Positions 1 through 11,339 of a stretch of DNA of 64,000 nt are shown piece after piece. The DNA is from Lama glama (taxonomy: Eukaryota), in assembly GCA_028534125.1 (NCBI GenBank), contig CM052817.1, positions 25,236,001-25,300,000 on the forward strand, in the 5' to 3' direction. Positions within the stretch are counted from its first letter, which is position 1. Every line of letters begins with the position of its first letter. The notes under the pieces were generated by a model. It was given only the letters and a program-made list of their open reading frames with translations, did no database searches and was not told the origin of the DNA. The position numbers and the translations under genes were made by a program.

Positions 1-229
1 TTCTTGTGGCAGAAGCCCACCTGCAGAAAGATCCCAGCTGGCTGTCAGAGGCTAAAAGGATTGGTACCTCCCAGCACAGGATGCCACACCAGCTCCGTGC
101 TTCTCTACACCATCCTGACTTTCAGGTATGAACATTCTGAAGATCCTATCCTCGCTGGAAAGAAGGAATTCCAATATAGCAGATGCTTCTGGTCCCTATG
201 TCCTCTTACCTTGGCCCCCCTCTGACTGA

Positions 230-652
230 AGCACAGCTGTAGTAGACACTTGCATGTGATTTAAGTCTTACCATGTGATGCCAGCCCTTCATCATAAGTG
301 CATTCTACCCCAACATCGTCTCCCAGGCAGGTACTGATCAGAAGTGTGAAGGATGCCCCAGAGGCGTACCTCATTCGATAATGAGAAGGAGATAGGAAAT
401 GCTCCAACCTAGGTCTTCTGAGAGGATAATTTTGGGGGGGGGTTCTTTACAATCCTCTAAAGTACGGGGGAACCAAGCTTCCATTGCACACAGCAGTGAC
501 CTTGACCACGAACTTCATTTTGGCTTTCCTTCTGCCTGCCTCTCACTCTCCTTGTTCCCTCCCTCCCATTTCTGGGGACACCTTCCCAAATTAACCACCT
601 GGACCCCAGATCTTGTCCCAGGTTCTGATATTTGAAAAACCCGTACTAAGAA
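230..652 (+). mobile_element. ERVL-class LTR remnant (LTR16-like)
   Basis: The 3' end ccttcccaaattaaccacctggaccccagatcttgtcccaggttctg...aacccgtactaagaa resembles the LTR16-family terminus. The 5' boundary is uncertain. Confidence 0.55.
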
Positions 653-1224
653 ATCTAATACTGAAATTCTTTGTATGTAAGTTAGAATCTTGTCAAATAA
701 ATAGACTGGTTTTTATAGGAGCCTATCCAAAATAAAAATTTTATTTTTGATAACAATACTCATTTCTTAAAAATCAAAGACAGCATTATCTGGAGGGATT
801 ACACTGAAGCTGGATTCCCGCTGTGGCTCTGATGACAGTCCAAAACACTGTGTGATATCTCATTAACAATGCAGACATCCCCCAATGTGGAGCTGACAGC
901 ATTTCTAAATATAGTTTCTAAACTGACTGTTTGCAACTTGAAATGTATTTCTAAGAGAAAATATTGCCTTTTCCAAAAGGAAGTATTCCAAATGGCAAAG
1001 CACAGTTCCAAGGCAAAGATTTATTCACTCCTGTTTTTCTTTGCCAAAGAAGAGGTAAAACAATGGAGGTGTGGGCTTCTCAAGTTTTCCCTTGCAGAAG
1101 CAGCTCTCCCTCAAGGTGCAGTTAAGAGCAAGAGGGACAGAGAGGGTGCCCATGTCAGAGGACTAGTAAATAAAAGAGAGTGATGACCTGATGCTGCAGT
1201 TGGGAAAATGTGACTATCAATAAC

Positions 1225-1708
1225 TGTACTGGGTTAGATAATGTCTCCCCAAATTCATGTCCACAGAATTGGAGGTGAACCTTAGAGCATGAGCTTATCT
1301 GGAAGCAAGGTCTTTGCATCTGCAATTCATTAAGTTAAGATGAGGTCATATTGGATTAAGATGGGCCCTAAATCTAGGGACTTGTATTCTTATAAGAAGG
1401 CCATGTGGAGACCCAGACTCACACACAGAGGGAGGAAGGTCATGTGACAGCAGAGGCAGAGACAGAAGTGAGGTGGCTACAAGCCAAGGAACGCCAAGGA
1501 AGGATTGCTGGGAGCCACCAGAAACTGGAGGAAGGTAAGGGAGGACTCCCCCCAGAGCCTTTTCCCCTAGAGGGTCTAGAACTCAACCAAAACCTTGGAT
1601 TCAGACTTCTCGCCTCCTGAACTGCAAGATATTGAAAATATATATCTTTATTGTTTTAAGCCACCCAGTTTTTGGTAATTTTTATGGCATCCCTAAGAAA
1701 CTAATGTA
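1225..1708 (+). mobile_element. MaLR solo LTR, MLT1C-like
   Basis: Start tgtactgggtt...ccccaaattcatgtcc, internal gcagaggcagag...caagccaaggaacgccaagga, end ttttaagccacccagt...aaactaa. Confidence 0.85.
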
Positions 1709-1959
1709 ATAACTACCAAATACTTGGAGCTGGGTCTTGGATCAAAACATATTAATCGTTTATTTTCAAATATCAGTTTTCTGCCCCATTCTCAAGGGAG
1801 GAGGGGGAAGGTTACAGCCACCTCTTTGTTTCTAAAGTTGCCAAGTAGCTGGAACAGAAGAGGATCTCTCATATGTGAGGTAGGATACGATGTGGAGTAA
1901 TGTAACAGTGTAATGTCATGTCCAGGGTCAGGATTAAAGCCCGTCTCAATGGGTCTAGT

Positions 1960-2165
1960 AATGGTAATGAGGAACACTGACTGAGTGCTTACTGAGTGAC
2001 AGGAGCTGCCTAATGCACTCGTCTTCGCAGCAACATTGTCATAGGGCTGGCAATATTATTGGCAACTGCATTTGGCAGGTAAGGAAACTGAGCCTCGTGA
2101 CCAAAGCCAGGCTTTGTCAGGGCAGCTGTGACTTCAGAGCTGGGTTCCTAACGAATTTGCTATGT
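1960..2165 (-). mobile_element. MIR SINE
   Basis: gagtgcttact...caggtaaggaaactgagcc is the reverse complement of the MIR core. Confidence 0.7.
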
Positions 2166-2609
2166 GCCTCATGAACACAGTGATGCCACATGAAATGATT
2201 CTTTTAAGCAAATAAAAATGTCTCAGTGACTCTCCTCACTCCTGATCCATCCTTACCCAGTTGCCTGGAATCTGTCTCCGCTGAGTGTGGTGGACGATTT
2301 GCTCCAGATTAGAATCTTAGAGCGTCTGATGGTCTAAGATCCACCTACTCAGGAAGTCAATGGCTAACTTTATTACCTAAGGCAGATCTGGTATACAATT
2401 AACTCTTCTTTCAAACGTGAAATTGTCTTTCCTGAGGTGTGTGGATTCTGTGACACCTCAAGTCATTTTTATCTTTAAAGAACTCAGGCTAGTATTTGTG
2501 AAGTAATTTTATTAAGGACACCCTGCTAGTTTTCCTAACTTTAAATAATCTGTCACCGTTTCCCTTTAAACTATAGGGTAAAATTCAAACTCCTTAGTAT
2601 GTGCTACAT

Positions 2610-2801
2610 GAGAGGTTGGCAAACTTTTGCTATCAATATCCAGATGGTATATGTTTTAGGCTTGCAGTACTTATGAATGAGAAAGCAGTTGTAGACCGTG
2701 TGTAAATGAATGGGCAGAGCTGTATTCCAACAAAGCTTTATTTAAAAAGACAAAAGGCAAGGAGCCAGATTTGGCCTGAGGGCCATAGTTTGCCCACCCT
2801 G
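2610..2801 (+). mobile_element. MER58A-like hAT-Charlie DNA transposon
   Basis: TIR-like ends aggttggcaaact / agtttgcccaccctg, with internal aaatgaatgggc...tattccaacaaagctttattt. Confidence 0.8.
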
Positions 2802-4104
2802 CTGTCCTTCGAAAGCTGGCTCCTGCCTCTCAGTGTCAGGTTGTGCCGCACCTGAATTGTATACTCCCTTCTAGACACGCTGAAGTGCTTGCCTTTTCAG
2901 ACTCACATGCTCTTTCATCCCTCTGCACCTTTGCATAGACTCTCCCCTTTGTTCACATCGCCTCTCCCCTTCTCACTGCCTGGTCAGGTTAGCAAACTCC
3001 TATGAATGCAAATCATTCTGTATGAGCCACTAGCAACATTTATCCATTGTATTGTCATTATTCATTAGTAAGCCTACAGTTACCCATAGCTGTGATCACA
3101 GGTCTGGCTCTGAGGACCTCAAGGAACATGCCGAATACTTCCAGCTGGTGCTCTTTCTGCCGCGGTGACTTTATATTGCTAATCACAGCCTCGTGTAATG
3201 TGCGTTTCTCTGGCATATTCCTTTTGACCACTTGAAAGCTCAGAACCGAAGAAATGCTTAAACTGAACAATCATAGAAGACTCACAGCATGTATACAAGT
3301 GCTCCTCTCCTTGGCCCCAGTCTGTCTCCTCGTTCTACCTTGTATTTCCTCTGTTTTTGATGTTTTGTTTGCATTTTGCTCTTTTATTGTAGGCATTAAA
3401 AAAACCTCCTCAAATCTTTATGTAATGAAGCAGGATTTGTTCATTTATATATTCATCCACAAATAAATCACTATTTCCCCTTGATTACTTTTTGTACTTT
3501 TTCAGAGTGGAAATGCGCTGTGTATTTTGGCTTAGAATCCAGCAGTGTACTTGGTGTATTTGATGCCTAGAGTGGGTCATCTTTTTAAGACTCTTCCCCA
3601 AATGACAAAGTTATTTTCAGGAATAATCATGAAATGAAATGAATAATAATAGTGGTTGGAGGGAAACACAGTGAAAATTTTCTTTTAATAAACTTTGTAC
3701 CACAGGGACTGGAGAAAGAACTACATCCAAAGTGAATGGCGGCAACTCTAAACCGTAAACTCACTTCAAAATGAACAGTGTCTGAGGCTGTGGCCAATGA
3801 GTCAGGGGCAATGGTGCTGGGAGACCTACAATTTAATTTCCGCATAGAATACAATGTTTGTTAAAGGATGAATAATGAAATGTGCTAGTTTGAGGCATAC
3901 CTATAAATTATTAAACTCAACAGTAGTAGCAGCCCTTGTGTAGAACTTCGATAAACAAAAGATTTTTTTGAGGAAAGGAGTTTTATCTCTAATATTGTTG
4001 AGAATGGTCCAGCACATAGTGATAATAAAAACCACCCCATCTCTTAGTTACCTTTATTATTGTCTTTAATTTTTTCATAGAAAATGTCCACCTTCTACTC
4101 TGAC

Positions 4105-4130
4105 CACACACACACACACACACATACACG
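4105..4130. repeat. (CA)n microsatellite
   Basis: Read directly from the sequence. Confidence 0.9.
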
Positions 4131-4169
4131 CATGCCAACATCATTGTTAGACTCTGAGCTGGTGGATCA

Positions 4170-6830
4170 AAACCTCAGATTTGGAAGTTTCATGTTGAAA
4201 ATACAGCAAAGTGGTATCTGCACTGCTTTGCTGGGATGCATTTTCCTTTGGGCTCGGTTAAATCAGTTCCTCCTCCTGCAATGGCTAACCATCTCCACGT
4301 GTCGTAAACCCAACCCTTGGGTCCGCCAGTAAGCTTAGATTGACTTCATGGAGTGTCGGCAATTTTCTAGTATGACAGCTCGACTTTAGTCTTGGACTCA
4401 TGATCCCAGCTCAGGTAAGAAGCATCTCCAAATTCAGAAGAGCAGCGAGATGGGTAAATTGGAACAAATCAGCGTGCATAAATCACTGTTTAAATGAGTT
4501 ATGGAAAATGAAGCTTGGTGCATAAAACCTGCTTTATTAAGGCTGACATCAAAATTTATATCTAGAAGTAGGTATGATGGGAGCCACCGGAACTGGCATG
4601 CTTTTAGAAGGACATGGTAACAATCTTTGTGTTTTATTTTGCAAAGCATTTGGACTGCAGTTAAACGAAGCCTAAAGAGGGATGCTAAATATGTTTCCTT
4701 GAGGATCTGAGGGCTGGACAAAACTCCCTCCTTGTTTCAACTCTGTCAGTCTATAGGTCCTATGCCATGATTAAAGTTATTCAAGTTCAAGAACCGCATG
4801 TTCATTGTAACAACTGTAGCATAATATACATGTGGAGGGGTGTAGATTCAGTTCAAAGAGATTCAATCTGATTTCCAAGGGCCTATTACGATGAGATTAG
4901 GTGTGTCAATGTGATCCACCCTAAGACAGATTTTGGTTGCTGCTGACCAGTTCTGCTAAAAAAAAAAAATCTGGTTATTATTGACTCCTTTCTTATTTCA
5001 TAATGGAGAAATAGACACCAGTCCAGATAACGAAGAACTCAGGTAAGCCCACTACCAGTTTAATGGAAACAGCTAGCAGAAGCAATTGCAGTCATTTTCT
5101 ATAACTTCTGCGTTTCAAGAAGCCATTTTTGAAACAGGCAGGCACGAATGCTGTTGGTCATCCCCACTTTGTGAAAATTGAATCTTCATGAGATTCTCAT
5201 AGATCCAAGCTATAATGGATAGAGTAGAGGAATCCAAACTCTTTATATTCCCAGAGGGACATTTGAAATTGGGCTTAAAGAACATCTCCTGCTCGTGTTA
5301 GGAGTACCCTCGCCCTGACCCCACGAGCACTCACCACTGTCCTGTCTCCTCTGGCAGATAACCAGATGTGGCATGTACAATATGGGCTTCCTTTCTTTTG
5401 GCAGATCCTGAATGAAGCCAAGGGGAACAGTTACAAAACAGAAAATTGACTATGATGGAACACTCTTTGGTGCTACATCTGATATGATTAACAATTTATT
5501 TTGGCAACACCCGGGATGGGTTTCATATGGTTTTCCTGAATTCAACAGGACTCCTGCCAGGAGAATCAAGAACACTACAAAGTAATCCAGGCTGAGGGAG
5601 AAAAAAGTATGCCATCTTTTTCAAAGTGTTTCATAGTGTTGCCTCTGTGATCTGGAAACCAGCCATCACTCCAATCCCTCTATTTCCAACTGCTCTTCAA
5701 CTCTTGTCTTACTAGACTTGGGTTGATGGATGACTTTATAATTAGCAGGGTAGATAGCCTAGAGGAGAAAGCAGTGTAAGAAGGGACTTGAAACATGTGG
5801 CAGCCAAACATTTTGCAATGTACAAGTATTCTTAAAATATGGATGTTTCATCCAAGTCATCATCTTTAAGAAGCACAATTGCGCGGTATTGTGGATTTCG
5901 GAGTTAACTCCTCTTACAGGAATTTACTTGCAGGCTGCAAAAGCTGGTTGACCTATTACAGAGGAATGCTTCTTTCCCAGAGTTGATATTTCTATCCATG
6001 TGGAAGGACTGCCACTGGCATAACATTCTTGGGTTTTCTCCACTCTCCATCCTTTATTCATCCTCAGGGTGAGTTTGAAAAGAAGGGCTGGGCATGCATT
6101 CTTGAACTCTTTCCTTTTCCCTTTGTCTTGGGAAGGAGCCTACGTGCAAAGAGCATAAGTTATCATCACTCTGGAATAAGCCTGCAGGGGAGAAAGCCCA
6201 CAGATATGAGGCATGTTGCTTTTAGTTATAAGGCATGTTGACTGTTAGAAAGTGTTAGGAAGCCCACTTACTTATACTGATTAGCCCGTTTTAAAATTTA
6301 GCACTGCCAATAATTAAGGTGATGTTTTGGTTCTCTACCTGCCTTAACCCCTTGTTTTACTTCTCAGTGGTTCAGAACATGGGCAAGAAAAAGTCATGCT
6401 CATTATTGGTTCCTGCCAAACCTCAACAGATGATTAGCCAGTGGTAGGTTTCATCTGATAGAGAATAGTTTTCACATTGTTTTTGGCTTACCTTCCAGAT
6501 TGATCAGTAGACTAATATTTCCTTTACTCTCCACTGGATTAAAAGAAACAGCTTGCTATTCAGCTTCGGGCTTAAGTGGGCAAACAGACCCTCAGAATCA
6601 GTAAGACTGTGATATGGAGAACCACTTGACTTTACAGTTTGCTACAACCCCGTGCGTTCCTCTTCTATTCACTCAGAGTTCGAAGACTGTCCCACATTGC
6701 CCTTTACTCTTCCTGCGACTTAGACTCTTAGGATCATTTTGGGGGATATAAAAGCCTCTCGATCTGGACAGCAGTCAGAAGACTTGAAATTGACAATGAC
6801 ACTCTGCGCTTTGATCTTTCATTGAGAGGT
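4170..6830 (+). pseudogene. EBLL: Endogenous bornavirus-like L (RdRp) element; decayed non-retroviral endogenous viral element
   Basis: Colinear translated blocks versus recalled Borna disease virus L: 4177 RFGSFMLKIQQS ~ RLGNMSLQFIQS; 4432 IQKSSEMGKL..SLFK*V ~ IKNARELGRW..QLFEKV; 4561 SRSRYDG..NWHAF ~ ISSRRDW..NAAAF; 4951 FC*K(KK)IWLLLT ~ motif B MRQKLWTILT; 5150 AVGH..VKIESS*DSH ~ LAGHNLKVEECWVSD; 5227 EESKLFIFPEGHLKLGLKNISC ~ [22 protein letters not shown]; 5670 SNP/LYFQLL ~ SDPLPFQLA; 6116 FPFVLGRSLRAKSISYHHSGISL ~ [23 protein letters not shown]; 6263 PTYL ~ PLYL; 6351 LVL/QWFR ~ LVLHQWYK; 6430 MISQW*VSSD ~ ILSTWLRFSSD; 6676 EFEDC..ILGDIKAS ~ EFDPC..FLVDIRAS. Many stops and frameshifts. 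Confidence 0.8.
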
Positions 6831-7039
6831 CAGTCAAGATGGGCAAGGCCACAGTTAAATTAAATACTCAAACTGGAGAGGTGGGGAAGAAAGCCAAGAA
6901 GGAAAGGAAACCTCTCAACCTTGATCTTCAGCTAAAAAGTTTGAAATCAGCATTTAAGGTAAGAATATACTTGCAATTTTCCAATATCAATGTGAATACC
7001 CATAAATAAGGACGTGTGTCTGTGACCGCAACATGTAAC

Positions 7040-7230
7040 TGATAAGGTCCTAACATTCATAAAGCCTTTCATCCACTTTATCCCATCCGATCTTACCCTG
7101 TGAAGTACATGCTGTCACCCCATTTTAAGAGCTTGGCAAACTGAGGTCTAGGGGAGAGAGGAACTTGCTCAAACTTTCTCAGCTGTTAAGTGATAGATTC
7201 AAACCTCTCAGACACAGCGATCTTCTTACT
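7040..7230 (-). mobile_element. MIR SINE
   Basis: ccctgtgaagt...ccccatttt...aaactgaggt...aacttgctcaa is an antisense MIR core. Confidence 0.7.
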
Positions 7231-8069
7231 CTACTGCAACCGCTTCCATGCCTATATACTTCAGAATACACAAAACTTTGATATACATCAAAGAAGTAGA
7301 TAAAACAGCTGGGCTTAAAATAATTGAATTTTCTTATTGGCTGTATTGTGAACAACATAGTGGATTTCACTCCATGATTTGAAAAGTGACTAATATTCCT
7401 TTGGTTCTATGGTGCATAAAGATAAAGAAGATGTTCCAGATTTATACTGGAGTACTGGTGATGCGGTGCTACTCAGAAGACACAGGGCTTACCCCATAAA
7501 TCCTCATCCCAGTTTGAAAATTACATTGCTGAGGATCTCTCTAACTGTATGTGCCTGAGTAGCTGAAACCTGATGCCAGCCAAGTCCATTTCATCTACCT
7601 GTGAGGGGGATTAGGGCATCTGACCCCCATCAGTGGAATCCTAATGCTCTAGGGAATGGAGAGAATTTTCCAGAACATTCATTTGCTTAAATGAAGAATT
7701 GTTTGTTTGAACTCTGATGCAAGTAAGAATGAGGTTTTGGGCGAGGCCGGGTGGGTGGAGGCCTGGAAAACAGTTTGGTCTCATGGAGACAAGGCACAGA
7801 TGTAGATATCAGAGTGTCAGCAGGTATCCATTGCTAATACCTAGTTAACCACAACATCTGTCGTTTGTCTCTCATTCCCCAAAACACCAGGATCTCAGTT
7901 CTGCTTATCCTGTCTCATCTCTCCTAGGCCATCTAAGCCCTCTCTGCTCTCCATACATCCCGAAAGTCTGAGTTTACTCTGATGCTTGCCAGTCTCAAGC
8001 ACCAGCACCATCTCCACGTGGAGTGTGAGGTCAGACACTTATATGGGGAGGATAATAGCTCTTGAAATG

Positions 8070-8225
8070 CACACAACTCTTGAAGCTTTATAAAGCCGTT
8101 TTATGTGTGGTATTTTATTTGGTGTTCACAGTTACTCCGTGAGGTAGGCGAAGAAGCTATGGACCCCATCTCATTAATAAGAAAGTTGAGGTTCGTAGAA
8201 GTGAAGCCAGTAAGTGGCCAAACTA
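8070..8225 (-). mobile_element. MIR SINE (degenerate)
   Basis: ccgtgaggtagg...ccccatctcattaataagaaagttgaggttcgtagaagtgaag. Confidence 0.6.
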
Positions 8226-10257
8226 CCAGCATCTGCTGCATCTTTAGGACCTTTCCTTCTCAGCAGAGATCCATAAACCTCTGCACCAATGGCTCTTAAA
8301 TAGCTATGAGGGTAACTCCATACTGATGATAAAATAAATTCCCTTCATTGTAAAGCCATTTAAAAAAACCCATAAAATTATATTAAGTCTATTGAAGCTA
8401 ACACTGTATTCAAATGCAATAAAGTAACTATATAAATGCTTTGCTTAAAGGACAGTACCCTAATTAAGAAGACTGTTAAAAGGACAGAGCATATGAATAC
8501 ATCTATTACACAGGATTTACTAGAACTCATTGTACCCACAGCAATAAAGTGGGACCAGCTGTTGCCTGAAACATAGAAACAGACTTATGAAGTGGAAACT
8601 GGATATTTTCGTGATTTTTGTTAAAAAAGAAAAAAGAAAGGGAGCCCGCACGTTCCCTTAATCCTTCTTACATTGTATATCATTCAACCATTAGTTTCAT
8701 AGCATCTTCTGTCTTCCAGGCTCTGCACTTGTGGGCAGCCTGTCCTTGAATATTCATTTCAGGCTTGAATTTGTAAAGGCTCTTTGCAGCTTTGGCTCTG
8801 TCCACCTCTAAAAATGACATGTTTGTATGAAAAGCCTTCTTGCTTTTAACGGCTACAACTCCAAGTGACTCTTGATTTCCCGAAGTCCATTGCTTTTCTC
8901 CATTTCTTGGGGATAGGATTCATGGGGCCTGTAAAGTATTCTTCTTGTTCACTATGCCTTTGGCGCCTCCAACTTTAGCTGACACTTGGCCAACTGCCAA
9001 CGGTCTTGGGCTTCTGCACATCTGCTTTATCAGAGATGCACCTTGTCAATAGAGTGCACCAGGAAGTGCCCCGACCACTTGGTAGGATTTCACACCCTGC
9101 CTCTCCGAGGATGCTGGGTCAAAACGGTGGAGGATAGGTCTACGCTGGCACCAAGTGTCATGGTCAGAAAGGTTGTGTATTATTATCCAGACAGCAAGAT
9201 AGGACTCAGTCCATGTGCTCCAAGAAGCAATCCCCAAATGGCCCACTGTCATCTGTTTCCCTGGCAGAGTCATCTCGCACTTAGGGATTTGATTTGTTCT
9301 GTTTTACTCTCCCAATAAAGAACTTCTTTCTCCAGTTGTGTTATGTGTTGGGGTGTGGGAAGCAAAATCAGTGACTCTGGCCTCCATCTTGGGGTGCTAT
9401 GTGAGGTTCTGCACAGGAAAAAGAAAACCATGGTAAGTATTTCAAGCAGAAAAAGCCATTGGTTTAATATAGGAAACTATGCTAACAAAATGTGTGGAAG
9501 AGCTGGAGAGATAAAAATCAGGGGGCAGATACCGGCCTTTTGGTTTCAAAACCAGCCACTGTCACTACAAACCGGAGGTCAGGAAATGGCTGTTGCTCCT
9601 GCCAGCTCTGCTCCTGTCACCGGTGACCAGACAGGAGATGTGGTATCTGGCTGCTGCTATTAACTTTTGTCCACTATCCCAGTTGTAGGAAAAAAGTCTC
9701 CACCTCTCTTCTGCCTTCCAAAGATCATGCAAGTGCACTTCACTGGCAGACCGTAAATCTCACCCAGTACCCTAGCTGCCTTGCAGACTCTGGGAGGGAA
9801 CAAAAGTGAAGGAGGCGTAGATGCTTCATGCCAATAAATAATACCCAGCATGGGACTTTGGATGCTGGTTTGCTGTTTAGTGTCCCTCCGTATTTTTTTT
9901 TTTTTTTTGCACTGAAGTGTAGGGTAAGACTCCTTCACAAATGGTGGTTCCAAGTGGATGCCAGTGTCCCAAATTTGAGCTAAACTGAGAGTTCCTGAGA
10001 AAAGCTTCCAAAGCAATGTGTCTCAAAATCTTAAAACTGCTTGATCTTACTCTAGTTCTTGGATAGTTTGTCCCTTAGGCTTTGTCTGTTCTCTGCAATT
10101 TTCCATAATACAAACAAAGAAATAAGATTTGGAATCTTAAGAGTAAGGTTTGAGTTTCATGCCCAACACCTTCTAGCAGTTTATTAAATATTTCTGAGTT
10201 TCGGTTTCTTATTCGAACTATGAAAAAAATAAGCGCTTACTAGATTCCAGGGGAGCA

Positions 10258-10628
10258 GTGGATTTCCACACTGTAAAGCTTGTTCTGGAGACTGGGCATG
10301 CTGGCTGACAGTTTCTACTGCATCCCTGGCTCTCAGTCTAAGAGTCGCCTTGCCCAAGGACATGCCTCCTCCATGGGCAGCCTGTGTCCAATGACCAGGC
10401 AATGGGGGGAGTAGGGGGTAAAAAATCTCAGCCTCTTGGCTCAATTCAGGGCAACTCTGAAGGGCCCCCAGCTCTAGAGGGGATCAGATGAGGATTCAGT
10501 TTCTCCCACTGCCCCATCAGCACCCTTCGCCCTTCACAGATGTTGATCTGAGGCTGCTCCACCCAAAACCCTTCTGCACACAAATCTCCATCCGTCCGTT
10601 TGTTTCCTGGGAAACCCAAACATCAACA
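10258..10628 (+). mobile_element. ERVL-class LTR (LTR16/LTR33 group)
   Basis: Internal gggcaactctgaagggcc and terminus ccttcacagatgttgatc...ctgcacacaaatctccatc...tttcctgggaaacccaa. Confidence 0.65.
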
Positions 10629-11339
10629 CTGGTTTCTCAGAAAAGGAATTTATTAAAGGTGGCTCAAAGAATCTCAAGGAAGGCCAACAAGCCAAGCGTG
10701 GAGAATGTGTTCTAAAAAAGAAAGTTCCAGATGACTCCACAGACAGCTCCAGTGGAAAGGCTCCCGCTCCTCACTGTGCAAAGACACAACAGTCATCACT
10801 GACGCTGCTAGGACCCCTGCCACTCCCGACCCTGGACTGAATGTGACTGCAGCCACCTTCTCCTGAATGGTTGTGGGTCAGCATCTGCTACTTTGTCTCT
10901 CTAGCTTCCTGCTCAGAGTCTCAGAGGGGCATATCTGGTTGGTGGAACCCAGATCACCTGCCTGCACCCTGGGAAATCTGCAGAGGAAGGAAGAACTCAC
11001 AAAGTGGGGACTTCTTCCAAGGTAGGAAGGAGATTCAAAGATGCTAGACTCACCAAAAAAGAATGGTAAATGCCCCATGGGAGCATCATAGTGATGTTAG
11101 TTATGGGAGTGCATGGGAACAGGTCCTTACAAATTGGATAATTGTATTTCTCTCAGAAGACTTATGAGGTCACATCTTAACACACAGTTTACCAGAGGAG
11201 CAGAGGTGCTATTTTGGGTTGGAGGTACACACTAACTTTATTACCTCAGGAAGCACACACTAACCTGAAAACTTAGACCGAAGACAGGGTGCACAGGAAA
11301 TAATTAAAAAAAGAATCCTAAATACTTGCTTTCCCCAAG

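Noticed and set aside
3058..3270. Minus-strand ORF with exon-like borders (tttcaag acceptor, G/gtaact donor)
   Set aside because: Weak splice sites, no recognisable protein and no partner exons.
4957..4969. TAAAAAAAAAAAA as a viral transcription stop or polyA tail ending the insertion
   Set aside because: It sits inside motif B (Q-K codons) and L homology continues in the same frame afterwards, so A-run slippage explains it better.
5445..5545. Peptide IDYDGTLFGATSDMI..GWVSYGFPEF resembling the bornavirus glycoprotein C-terminal GWVHIGLPSF
   Set aside because: It lies between colinear L-protein blocks, and the neighbouring KLFIFPEGHL fits L motif E better. Treated as chance similarity.
5671..5706. 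PIPLFPTALQLL as the conserved PLxPR block of L
   Set aside because: Spacing fits better with SNP/LYFQL at this position and FFPRV at 5970.
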